A stretch of 45,984 nucleotides of DNA from Clostridiaceae bacterium UBA5444 (GTDB taxonomy: Bacteria; Bacillota; Clostridia; Clostridiales; Oxobacteraceae): the NCBI GenBank assembly GCA_002426575.1, contig DIRE01000063.1, positions 32,401 to 78,384 on the forward strand, in the 5' to 3' direction. Shown here in pieces: positions 1 through 8,917 of this stretch. Within the stretch, counting starts at the first letter, position 1, and each line of letters opens with the position of its first letter. The notes below the pieces were generated by a model. The model saw nothing but the letters and a program-made list of their open reading frames with translations. It was not told the DNA's origin and ran no database searches. The translations under genes were made by a program, and so were the position numbers.

Positions 1-72
1 TATACTCATATAGGAATAGGAATTAGACAAGGCGGCCCTTATGGAAACATGTTTTCCCAAATGTTTGTTAGC

Positions 73-96
73 AAGCCTAAATAGGCTTATGTTTTC
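73..96 (+). terminator. Weak stem-loop (aagcctaaataggctt) followed by a short T-tract; possible first of two tandem plus-strand terminators for a gene upstream of the window
   Basis: Inverted repeat aagcct/aggctt seen in sequence followed by atgttttc. Confidence 0.35.
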
Positions 97-102
97 AAAA
101 AT

Positions 103-135
103 AGGAAGCTATGTAGGCTTCCTATTTTGTTATTT
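103..135 (+). terminator. Rho-independent terminator (aggaagctatgtaggcttcct + ttttgttatttt) for an off-window plus-strand gene
   Basis: 8-bp perfect stem with a 5-nt loop, followed by a T-rich run. Confidence 0.6.
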
Positions 136-183
136 TAAACTTTTGGCTCTATTTAAGAATACTGTTGATTTTATAACATTTTT

Positions 184-211
184 GATGGAACCTTGGTAAT
201 AAGGTTCCATC
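184..211. other. 11-bp perfect stem-loop (gatggaacctt/aaggttccatc) just downstream of the minus-strand methyltransferase gene; the U-tract geometry is not canonical for either strand
   Basis: Inverted repeat seen directly; the T-run lies 5' on the plus strand, not 3'. Confidence 0.3.
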
Positions 212-251
212 AATTCATACCTTAGGGATATTGTGTACTAACATCTAATGT

Positions 252-1259
252 TTATAATAATACTGATGCTTTTACTATACAATGTTCGAAGATACCATCA
301 GCAACAGGAAATCCGTCTACACCAACATTTGGTAAAATCTTACTCATTGGTGTAGGGCTTGATTTTGCAAGTATGGGATTTAGCAATTCTACCTTCCAAC
401 CATTGTTAACAAACTCATCTACATGCTTTTTCTTCAAATACATAGATTCAATTCCAGACTTTCGCAGGTCTGCCCTATTGATATCATCATCTTCAGAGCA
501 GAAACTACATACTGAATAAAATTCACCAGATGATATTCTTTTAAGCTCTGATATAATATTATCAGGATTATCGATATTTTGAAGTCCTACAAAGGATGTT
601 ATAATAGGGACCGAATTGTTCCTGAAAGGTGTTGTTCGGGCATCAAATGCAATGAAAGTTATTCGTTCCCCATATCCTTCTTTAATCAAACTGTTATATG
701 TTCTTTTTATTATACTCATACTTAAATCTGTAATGACAACCTTTAGGTCTGTATTTTGTAGTATCTGTTTCACCAACACACCTGGTCCAGAAGCAATGTC
801 TACTACAAACTGGCTTTGCTTTCTTAATAAGTTAATTAAATACTTAAACTCCTTATCAGTAGCATCCAGCATTTCTTTTGTATATGCATTTATTGTAGCA
901 ATATTCATCAATTTCTCGGCTTCCTTTTCATTGCCTTCCTTTTCAAGTAACATTGCCTTTACATACATATCTGCAGCACTCATCTCTTCAAACGGTGCTA
1001 CCATAAGCCTTGCCCTTATTTCTGGGTTTAATTTGAAAAATCTTTCAAGATTGTCTTCTCCTGTCTGCCAAAGATCAGGTTCTGCTTTACTATTAATAAG
1101 AAAATTGACTACCTGATCTCTAACAGAGTATTCTTCACCACAAGAAATACAAGAGATATCTGCTTTAATTATTCTTGTAGGACTTTCCTCTAATACAGCC
1201 CATTTTAATTCACCATGGCATAGGGGACAAACTAACTTGTCCTGTAGAAATTTAAACAT
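252..1259 (-). CDS. Class I SAM-dependent methyltransferase with an N-terminal Trm112-like zinc-ribbon domain
   Basis: N-terminus CPLCHGEL...CISCGEEYSVRDQVVNF matches the Trm112p-like zinc ribbon. Motif VVDIASGPGVL matches the glycine-rich SAM-binding motif I. 335-aa ORF. Confidence 0.7.
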   Translation of the reverse strand: MFKFLQDKLVCPLCHGELKWAVLEESPTRIIKADISCISCGEEYSVRDQVVNFLINSKAEPDLWQTGEDNLERFFKLNPEIRARLMVAPFEEMSAADMYVKAMLLEKEGNEKEAEKLMNIATINAYTKEMLDATDKEFKYLINLLRKQSQFVVDIASGPGVLVKQILQNTDLKVVITDLSMSIIKRTYNSLIKEGYGERITFIAFDARTTPFRNNSVPIITSFVGLQNIDNPDNIISELKRISSGEFYSVCSFCSEDDDINRADLRKSGIESMYLKKKHVDEFVNNGWKVELLNPILAKSSPTPMSKILPNVGVDGFPVADGIFEHCIVKASVLL

Positions 1260-1399
1260 TTTAATACCACCTTTGTTGGATGTTAAGTTTGTTATATTTT
1301 ACAGCAACGCTCTATTCCCCATTATATTACATTAATGCCTTTTGGCAAACATATAATGAAGTATCATCCACATAAATGTCTTCTGCCTCATTTTGCTAT

Positions 1400-1906
1400 T
1401 TATTTTGTCAAATTTTCAAGCTTGCCTTTCACAACCTTTACCAAATCCATGGCAGATATTTCTATCTGGGTTCCAATCTTTCCACCACTTACCATTATAG
1501 TGTTTAATTTCTCTGCAGTTTTATCTATATATGTACTGTATTTCTTTTTCATTCCTACAGGAGAGCAGCCGCCTCTTATATATCCTGTATATTTGTTTAT
1601 ATCTTTTACATGTATCATTTCTACTTTTTTCTCGCCTATAATCTTTGCTGCCTTCTTTAAGTCAAGCTCTTCAGATACTGGAATTACAAAAACGAAAATC
1701 TCTTTACTATCTCCTTGGGCTACTAATGTTTTATATACCTGCTTAACATCCCTTCCCACCTTTTCTGCCACTGATATACCATCAATTTTTCCATCCTTAT
1801 TATCATAGGTTAAAATATTATAATTTATATTTTCTGAATCCAAAATTCTCATTGCATTTGTCTTATGCTGTGCCAAAATAATCACCTTCCTATGTCTATG
1901 CTGCAC
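1400..1906 (-). CDS. ybaK: Cys-tRNA(Pro)/Cys-tRNA(Cys) deacylase YbaK (YbaK/ProX trans-editing family)
   Basis: Strong similarity to the YbaK core (DVKQVYKTLV, LDLKKAAKIIGEKKVEM, YIRGGCSPVG, MVSGGKIG). The start may be at the internal Met (about 1852) rather than 1906. Confidence 0.8.
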   Translation of the reverse strand: MQHRHRKVIILAQHKTNAMRILDSENINYNILTYDNKDGKIDGISVAEKVGRDVKQVYKTLVAQGDSKEIFVFVIPVSEELDLKKAAKIIGEKKVEMIHVKDINKYTGYIRGGCSPVGMKKKYSTYIDKTAEKLNTIMVSGGKIGTQIEISAMDLVKVVKGKLENLTK

Positions 1907-2113
1907 ACCTTTTTATATTATATAACAGAATATTGATTCTACCTATATTCTACATCTTTTTCTTTAAGTATCGCAATTTTATCAATGCCCTATTTGAAAT
2001 AGTAAACATTTCTTGGATATCCATCTAAATAAAAAATACAGAATCTAAAGTCTTTGTTTTATTTGACTCTAAACTCTGTATTCTCAAGTAAATTTGAACT
2101 GTTTTATATTAGA

Positions 2114-3034
2114 TTACTTGCCTAATATTCCTTTGCAAATATCCCCTGTCAGGTTACTAGCGCTTTTACCCTTCCACATGGCTTTAAAAGATTCAAAGTT
2201 CAAATCTTCAAGGCTGTCTGAGTAACATTGAATATCTTCAATCACACCGTCTTTAACCTTTAATAATACCTGCACGTTCCCAATTGGTAGTTTTTCTTCT
2301 AACTTTACATCAAAGTTTGGGCTTTCACCGTAGATCCATTCAGTACTACTATACTTATAGTACTCTTTTGGTATATACTTTTCTTTTTTAAAGTCCACCT
2401 TTTCATCAATATCACCATAAAGATTAGTAAAGCTTTTTATTAAGGCAGTCTTTAGGTCATCCATATCTATATCGTTTAAACATTCTTTAATATTTATAAC
2501 CCTGCTTTTTACAGAAGTTATACCTTTTGATTCTAGTTTTATCTTAGATGGCTTTAATATTTTCCCTAAAAACTCTAAATCCACATCTACCATTAGTGTT
2601 CCATGATGAAAATATCTGTCGCCTGTTTCATAAAAGGCATGACCCGAAAACTTCCTTCTATTTATAGTTAGATCGTTTCTGCCAGAAGTCTCACATTCTA
2701 TGCCTAGGCTTTTTAATGCATCTTTTATTACTTTTAGTTGCTTTTCAAGATCTTTTTGTCTCCTTCTGGTTATAAACGTAAAATTAAGGTTACCTAAATC
2801 ATGAAATACTGCTCCCCCGCCAGATAATCTTCTAGCAAGTGTGCCCCCCTCTTTTTTCAAGGTATCTATATCACATTCAAGCCATGGATTTTGATTTCTG
2901 CCTATAACTACTGTTTTCTCATTCTGCCAGAGATAAAATATCACTTCATCTTCCCTAACATTATTAAACAGCTCTTCTTCTAAGGCTAAATTATAATATG
3001 GATCATGTTCTAAAGACGTAACTATTTTATTCAT
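2114..3034 (-). CDS. lplA: Lipoate-protein ligase A
   Basis: Conserved LplA motif RRLSGGGAVFHD with an LplA-like N-terminal catalytic fold and a C-terminal domain. 306 aa. Overlaps the upstream lpd gene by 8 nt. Confidence 0.85.
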   Translation of the reverse strand: MNKIVTSLEHDPYYNLALEEELFNNVREDEVIFYLWQNEKTVVIGRNQNPWLECDIDTLKKEGGTLARRLSGGGAVFHDLGNLNFTFITRRRQKDLEKQLKVIKDALKSLGIECETSGRNDLTINRRKFSGHAFYETGDRYFHHGTLMVDVDLEFLGKILKPSKIKLESKGITSVKSRVINIKECLNDIDMDDLKTALIKSFTNLYGDIDEKVDFKKEKYIPKEYYKYSSTEWIYGESPNFDVKLEEKLPIGNVQVLLKVKDGVIEDIQCYSDSLEDLNFESFKAMWKGKSASNLTGDICKGILGK

Positions 3035-4742
3035 AAAAGTGCAGTGCCCCTATACCTAATCCTAATGCAGCCTCATGTATTATCTCACCTGTTGTTGGAT
3101 GTGGGAAAATTGTATCCACTATCTGCTCTTCTGTAATATTATTTTGAACAATTAAGGTCAATGCACTAATAAGTGTAGATGCGTCAGCACCTATTATTGA
3201 TGCTCCAATTATTTTATCTGCATCTATATCTTTAATTATCTCTATAAAGCCTTCCTCTTCTCCCATGGTTTTAGCTTTTCCATTTGCAGATAAGGGGAAT
3301 CTACTTACCTTTATATTTAAGCCTGCATCTTTAGCTTGCTTTTCATCCATTCCTACTGTAGCTATCTCTGGAGATGTGAATATAACGTTTGGCACTGCAG
3401 AATAGTCCATATGTTTTTCTTTTCCTAATATATTATCAACTGCTACGATTCCCTGATGGGATGCTACATGAGCCAATTGTATTTTGTTATTTACATCGCC
3501 GATTGCATAAATGTTTTCTATATTGGACCTTAGTCTATCATCTACTTTAATTCCTCTTCCTTTTTCATTTAATTCTATACCTATATTATCTAAATTTAAT
3601 CCATTTATATTAGGCTCTCTTCCTATTGCTACAAGTATGTTTTCTGAAGTTAAATACTTCTCCTTATTGCCGTTTTCAAATATTACCAATGCTTTTTTGT
3701 CTTCTGTTTCCTCTATCTTAGTAACCTTTGAGTTAGTATATATATTTATACCTTTTTGCCTTGCTATACTAGTTGTTTTTGTTGAAATTCTTTTACTTAC
3801 CATGGTTAAAACCCTTGGCATATATTCCACAACATTTACATTAACTCCAAAGTTTGAATACATAAAAGCAAACTCCATACCTATAACTCCACCACCTATT
3901 ATAGTTATGGACTCTGGTAAGTTTTTATTTTCAAGAGCTGTAGTAGAGTTTAAAACAAAAGGAGAATCTATACCAGGTATATTAATTTTAGATATTTTAG
4001 ATCCTGTTGCAATGATTATATTTTTGCTGTGAATAGTATATTCATCTTTTCCTGATTTAGCAAAAACCGTGTTTTTGTCTTTAAAACTTCCTTCACCTTT
4101 TATAACCTTTACATTGTTTTTATCTAGTAAGTATTCTATACCCGAAACTAAATCATCCTTTATTTTATCTTTCCTATCTATTACATTTGTCATATTAACC
4201 TTTGGGTTTTCGCAGCTTAGCCCAAACTCCTCGCAATTAACCATATGGCTAAATACCTCTGAGGATTTTACCAATGCCTTTGTTGGAATACATCCTACGT
4301 TTAAGCATGTTCCACCAAAGTATTCTTTTTCCACTATTACAGTCTTTAAACCTTGCTTAGCAGCATAAATAGCTGCTACATATCCCCCGGGGCCTGCTCC
4401 TATAATTGTTAAATCACTATCTATTTCTTCCTTTTTTCCGCTAATCATGGTACCAAAGTAGTCAAAGTTAATCCCCTGTGAATTGCTTTCCTTACTTTCA
4501 TCTTTAGAATCTATAACAACTAATGTATCTCCTAATTGTACTTCATCGCCTTCAGAAACTTTTATTTCCTTAACTTCTCCTGTATGCCCTGACTTAACTG
4601 GTGAATTTCCCTTATTGGTTTCAAGCTGCATTAATACTGTGTTTATTTCTATTTTATCTCCAACTTTTATATTAATCTTACCCACTTTTGCACTTTTATT
4701 ATTTCCACTTATATTTTCTAATTTTATCTCCATATATATCAC
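3027..4742 (-). CDS. lpd: Dihydrolipoyl dehydrogenase (E3) with an N-terminal lipoyl/biotin-attachment domain
   Basis: N-terminal lipoyl-domain lysine context (LETNKG). FAD-binding GAGPGGYVAAIYAA and redox-active disulfide GGTCLNVGCIPTK. C-terminal dimerisation region HPTTGE. 571 aa. Confidence 0.9.
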   Translation of the reverse strand: MIYMEIKLENISGNNKSAKVGKINIKVGDKIEINTVLMQLETNKGNSPVKSGHTGEVKEIKVSEGDEVQLGDTLVVIDSKDESKESNSQGINFDYFGTMISGKKEEIDSDLTIIGAGPGGYVAAIYAAKQGLKTVIVEKEYFGGTCLNVGCIPTKALVKSSEVFSHMVNCEEFGLSCENPKVNMTNVIDRKDKIKDDLVSGIEYLLDKNNVKVIKGEGSFKDKNTVFAKSGKDEYTIHSKNIIIATGSKISKINIPGIDSPFVLNSTTALENKNLPESITIIGGGVIGMEFAFMYSNFGVNVNVVEYMPRVLTMVSKRISTKTTSIARQKGINIYTNSKVTKIEETEDKKALVIFENGNKEKYLTSENILVAIGREPNINGLNLDNIGIELNEKGRGIKVDDRLRSNIENIYAIGDVNNKIQLAHVASHQGIVAVDNILGKEKHMDYSAVPNVIFTSPEIATVGMDEKQAKDAGLNIKVSRFPLSANGKAKTMGEEEGFIEIIKDIDADKIIGASIIGADASTLISALTLIVQNNITEEQIVDTIFPHPTTGEIIHEAALGLGIGALHFYE

Positions 4743-4787
4743 CCGCCAATTTATATTATATAAATTTAAAGCTGTCTTATAAGCTTA

Positions 4788-4859
4788 TACTTTCAATATT
4801 AGCTTAAGCATATATATATACTTTATTCAAAATATATACCTAGGCTAATATTGAAAGTA
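4788..4859. repeat. 16-bp perfect inverted repeat (tactttcaatattagc ... gctaatattgaaagta) separated by a 40-bp AT-rich spacer, lying in the lpd promoter / CMD-gene terminator region
   Basis: Arms at 4788-4803 and 4844-4859 read directly from the sequence. Confidence 0.6.
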
Positions 4860-4895
4860 TGGTACTCATTAGACAGCTTCATTTATTATTTCATA

Positions 4896-5249
4896 TTATT
4901 TGAAATCCTTTTCGAATTCATCAACTGAATCTTTAAGTAATGTTACTGTATAAGCCATGCTTGGACCTCCGCCAAAAGCAACTGCAACCATTGCAGCTTC
5001 CATTACTTCGTCCCTTTTAGCTCCAGCTTCTAAAGCTTTATATACATGGAATACTATGCAATATTCACAGCGACAATAAGCTGCTATTGCAACGCTTATT
5101 AATTCCTTTGTTTTAGTATCTAAACTTCCATTTTTATAGGTTGTCCCTAATAAATTCATAAATGCTTGAACGTGTTCACCATTATCTTTACCTACTTCTT
5201 GTAATCCACCTGTAAAATCATTTAACATTTGTCTTGGATCTTTTTTCAT
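4896..5249 (-). CDS. Carboxymuconolactone decarboxylase (CMD) / AhpD-like family protein
   Basis: 117 aa with the AhpD/CMD core motif ...AAYCRCEYCIVFH (CxxC...H). Confidence 0.7.
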   Translation of the reverse strand: MKKDPRQMLNDFTGGLQEVGKDNGEHVQAFMNLLGTTYKNGSLDTKTKELISVAIAAYCRCEYCIVFHVYKALEAGAKRDEVMEAAMVAVAFGGGPSMAYTVTLLKDSVDEFEKDFK

Positions 5250-5334
5250 AACTCTGCCTCCTCGTATTGTTGTAATGAGAATTGTTAGTATATTGACACC
5301 AACTATCTGCTAAGACAATATTATCACTATTTAA

Positions 5335-5382
5335 CAGCATTATCAATCAAGCAAAATTACATTTGATTGATTGATAATGCTG
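5335..5382 (-). terminator. 15-bp stem-loop (cagcattatcaatca / tgattgataatgctg) downstream of sugar ABC operon 1; probable terminator
   Basis: Inverted repeat seen directly. AT-rich flank, weak U-tract. Confidence 0.4.
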
Positions 5383-5395
5383 CTAAATTTTTAAA

Positions 5396-6247
5396 TCATT
5401 CCTTTATAGCACCTTGAGTTAATCCCCCGGTTATATATTTTTGTATAAATGCGAACAATATAATCGTTGGAAGTATTGATATAACTGTTCCCGCCGATAA
5501 TGCCCCCCAGTCAATATCATATTTCATAATAAATGAGTTTAACGCTACAGGAATTGTTTTTTTATATTCTACATCTATAAACATAACAGCCTGAAAAAGT
5601 TCATTCCAACACTGAACAAAAGCAAATATATATGTAGCTGCAATACCTGGCAGCATAACAGGTATTACTATATAAAATAATGCATGAAATCTGCTGCAGC
5701 CATCAACCATGGCAGCTTCTTCTAACGACCCTGGTATCCTTTGAAAGAAACCTCTTAGAGAAACCGTACAATAAGGAATTAGTGATGCTGTATATAAAAT
5801 CATAAGCGCACTTAAGCGATTAATTAAGCCAAGTTTTGAAAGCAAAATATATAGGGGTGCAAGTATAATAAATCCTGGTATCATCTGGGTAAATAAATAT
5901 GCCAGTAATATTTTGTTTTTTCCTTTAAACTTAAATCTTGCAAGGACATATCCCCCTAAAATACCTATAAATAAGGCAGCACCTGCGCCAACTATTGATA
6001 CAATTAAGCTGTTTAAAAGATATTTATCAAACTTTGATATTTTAAATATTTGAATGTAATTGTCAAGTGTTGCTTTACTAGGCCAGTACATTACTGGAAA
6101 CGTAAATATCTCTTTCCTAGGTTTAATAGAAGTTATGAATATCCATAAAAACGGAAATATTGTAAATACCAAATATATACCTAAGGCAGCTATTTTAAAT
6201 ATGAGCCCTATAATTTTACCTTTACTTTTTTTCCTCTTACTCATCAA
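5396..6247 (-). CDS. Carbohydrate ABC transporter permease (MalG/UgpE-like)
   Basis: 283 aa, 6 predicted TM segments, EAA-like loop (EAAMVDGCSRFHALFYIVIPV). 4-nt overlap with the upstream permease. Confidence 0.85.
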   Translation of the reverse strand: MMSKRKKSKGKIIGLIFKIAALGIYLVFTIFPFLWIFITSIKPRKEIFTFPVMYWPSKATLDNYIQIFKISKFDKYLLNSLIVSIVGAGAALFIGILGGYVLARFKFKGKNKILLAYLFTQMIPGFIILAPLYILLSKLGLINRLSALMILYTASLIPYCTVSLRGFFQRIPGSLEEAAMVDGCSRFHALFYIVIPVMLPGIAATYIFAFVQCWNELFQAVMFIDVEYKKTIPVALNSFIMKYDIDWGALSAGTVISILPTIILFAFIQKYITGGLTQGAIKE

Positions 6248-7185
6248 AAATCACCCGATTCTTCAAACTTTGTTATATACATATAAAAAATGGTAAAAGA
6301 AATTAGTACAGCCATTATAATGACTCCCACTGCTGAAGCTTTTCCATAATCCTGATCAAACATAAGTAAGCTAAGCATGTATGTCGTAAGAATATGGGAT
6401 GATCCTGCAGGTCCGCCATTTGTAAGAGAATAGATTAGATCAGGAAAGTTTAGTATCCATATTGCCCTAAGCAAAGTTGTTAATATGAGAACAGGTTTTA
6501 TATAAGGTATCGTAACCTTAAAAAACTTGTAAAATGACGAGGCTCCATCAATATCAGCCGCCTCATATAAATCAAGTGGTACAGACTCAAGTGCCGCAGT
6601 AATCATAATTGCAAAGAAAGGTATGCCATACCATATGTTAGCGACTATGGCTGATGCTAGGGAAAGACCTGGTGTAGATAAAAAACCTATAGGAGTAGTT
6701 ATAATACCAATTCTCATAAGTATATCGTTTACTACACCTATCTGTCCGTTAAACAGCCATCTCCATATTAATCCAATCATAAAGCCTGATATTGCCCAAG
6801 GGAAGAATATGAGGCCTTGGTAAATTCCACTTCCTTTAAACTTCTTCTTTAGCAAAAGTGCTAATGCAAATCCTAGATTAAATTGAAAAAATAATGATAC
6901 AACTATCCAAATTATAGTATTTAAAATAGTATCTTTAAAATAAGGATCTTTAAATACTGTTTTGAAGTTTTCAAAGCCTATAAATTCTATCTTACTTATA
7001 TCCCAAAGTTGATAGCTCTGAAATGCCATAACTGTACCCTTAATCATAGGGTAGTATGTAAAAATAGCTATAAATAATATACCCGGGATAAGCATGCATA
7101 TAATAAACCTTTTAGTACTTATTCTCACTCTTTTATTTGTTTTTTCCAAGCTCGCTCCCACCTTTTGAATTTGCTCACTAATCAC
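6244..7185 (-). CDS. Carbohydrate ABC transporter permease (MalF/UgpA-like)
   Basis: 313 aa polytopic membrane protein with EAA loop (YEAADIDGASSFYKFFKVTIP). Confidence 0.85.
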   Translation of the reverse strand: MISEQIQKVGASLEKTNKRVRISTKRFIICMLIPGILFIAIFTYYPMIKGTVMAFQSYQLWDISKIEFIGFENFKTVFKDPYFKDTILNTIIWIVVSLFFQFNLGFALALLLKKKFKGSGIYQGLIFFPWAISGFMIGLIWRWLFNGQIGVVNDILMRIGIITTPIGFLSTPGLSLASAIVANIWYGIPFFAIMITAALESVPLDLYEAADIDGASSFYKFFKVTIPYIKPVLILTTLLRAIWILNFPDLIYSLTNGGPAGSSHILTTYMLSLLMFDQDYGKASAVGVIIMAVLISFTIFYMYITKFEESGDF

Positions 7186-7271
7186 AATTCATCGCTCACC
7201 ATTTTATACAACTAACCCCAAATATCACAGCATTAACCTGACTTTTATATCAAGTTAATGCTGTACAAGGC

Positions 7272-8579
7272 TTATTTATTTTCCTTTTCCTTATGCCAAT
7301 ACTCTGACCATGACTTTGCAGCATCTTGAGTTGTCATCTGGTTTAGTAACATTTTCTGCAGATCTTGATCGCATTTCTTGATGAAAGGCCCCCACCCTTT
7401 ACTATCAAAAGGCATTGTTACTCCCACATATTTGTCTGGCTCTGCAGACATAGCCATATAAGCCTTATAAGGCTCTGTTTTAAAGAAATCATCTTCAGAT
7501 GCTGTTTTATAAATAGGAATCATTGAATTCTTTTTGCAGAAGTAAGTACTATTTTCCTCATTTAATAAGAAAGATAGGAATCTCCACGTTTCTTCTTTAT
7601 GTTCTGAATATGATGTCATACCCCATCCTGCATATCCTGCAGGTGAATAAGATTTGCCAGATGGCCCTATAGGGAGCGGCGCCGTAGCCCATGTTCCATG
7701 TTCCATCTTTTCTTGACAGGTGGCTATAACTTCAGGATCTTGTATAAGCATTGCCGTAACTCCTGAATAGAAGTTTTCAACCATCTCTGCAAATCCCCAG
7801 CTTATAGAATCTTTTGGAGATATGTCATTGTACATCTTTTTATAAAATTCTAATGCATCAATTGCTTCTTTTCTATCAAATATAGTATCCCCATCCTTTG
7901 TATATATAGCACTACTGATATCAATGTCATCGCCTATGGTATCATGTATTACCATGGTTGCATAACTCTGGCCATTAGGGCCACCTCTAAAAGAATAGCC
8001 ATATCTATTTTTAGGCGGATCTGTAAGTTGCTTCCCTATGTCATATAATTCTTGCCAAGTCTTTGGTGGCTCTAACCCTTTTTCTTTAAACCAATCAGCC
8101 CTATAATATAGGCATCTAATATAAAAGCCATAGGGTATTAAATAAGAATTCCCTCCAACTTCTTTAGCTTTAACCTTTGCCATGTCTACAAGTTTATCCA
8201 TGCCATCCCAATTCTCCATATAAGTATCAAGGTTTTCAAGATAGTTATTGTTTAAAAATTGCTTTACAGTGTGGTCTCTTACCTCAACTATATCTAGAGG
8301 TTGTTTTGCCATTAGCATTTGGTTTATCTTATCATCTGCATTTTCTAGAGGAGGAGATATTAGCTCAACTTTTATATCTTTATTTTTATCCTCAAATTTT
8401 CCTATTATTTCATTAAGTATAGCTGTCCTTGCAGGGCTTGTAAGGCTCTCTACCATCCTTATAGTCACAACTTTGTCCACCTTTTCTAAATTATCTGCAG
8501 CTTTATCCCCGCATCCCACCATTGTAATTAAAAGCATTAATACTAAAATAAACGAAAGAACTTTCTTGCTAGACCTCAT
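7272..8579 (-). CDS. Extracellular solute-binding lipoprotein of a carbohydrate ABC transporter (family 1 SBP)
   Basis: Signal peptide plus lipobox (LLITMVGCGDK). 435 aa with SBP_bac_1-like composition. First gene of an SBP-permease-permease operon. Confidence 0.8.
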   Translation of the reverse strand: MRSSKKVLSFILVLMLLITMVGCGDKAADNLEKVDKVVTIRMVESLTSPARTAILNEIIGKFEDKNKDIKVELISPPLENADDKINQMLMAKQPLDIVEVRDHTVKQFLNNNYLENLDTYMENWDGMDKLVDMAKVKAKEVGGNSYLIPYGFYIRCLYYRADWFKEKGLEPPKTWQELYDIGKQLTDPPKNRYGYSFRGGPNGQSYATMVIHDTIGDDIDISSAIYTKDGDTIFDRKEAIDALEFYKKMYNDISPKDSISWGFAEMVENFYSGVTAMLIQDPEVIATCQEKMEHGTWATAPLPIGPSGKSYSPAGYAGWGMTSYSEHKEETWRFLSFLLNEENSTYFCKKNSMIPIYKTASEDDFFKTEPYKAYMAMSAEPDKYVGVTMPFDSKGWGPFIKKCDQDLQKMLLNQMTTQDAAKSWSEYWHKEKENK

Positions 8580-8587
8580 AAATATCC

Positions 8588-8775
8588 CTCTTTTAATTAA
8601 TGTTAAAATACTAGTTTTACATGCAATTATTATTTAGCAAATAAAGTCAGTACTGCATCCATTCCCCACCATATTTATATGTTGACTATGTTATAAATAT
8701 TCAGGCACTTGTATGGATTTATCTACCATGGATATGGTGTAATTTAACATATGGGAATATTTTTGAGCATATAAA
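8588..8775. promoter_or_regulatory. Leader/promoter module copy 1, about 80% identical to 25383-25563. Contains the 5' UTR of the SBP gene and a degenerate AraC promoter plus the first ~9 codons of araC
   Basis: Direct alignment of the two intergenic regions by eye (ttaattaat...aagtcagt...tataaatatt...gagcatataa). Confidence 0.7.
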
Positions 8776-8807
8776 ATGCCATTCCCTAGCAAAGGGGATG
8801 GCATTTT
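8773..8807. other. 14-bp stem-loop (aaaatgccattccc tagcaaa ggggatggcatttt) located exactly where the homology to the araC leader breaks; possible terminator or insertion-boundary structure
   Basis: Inverted repeat seen directly; followed on the plus strand by aagttactttttctc. Confidence 0.5.
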
Positions 8808-8917
8808 AAGTTACTTTTTCTCTACAGAAATCCAAATCTTTATATATCGTTTTTCAACGTCGGGGATACTATGCTTCTTGACTTTGGCTGCTCACATTTG
8901 TTGGGAGCATTTTTATT

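Noticed and set aside
616-4782. Multiple plus-strand ORFs (616-1116, 1335-1808, 3511-4032, 4069-4368, 4483-4782) inside minus-strand genes
   Set aside because: They are antisense shadow ORFs within well-supported minus-strand CDSs (methyltransferase, ybaK, lpd), with Ser/Phe/Leu-rich composition typical of AT-rich antisense frames.
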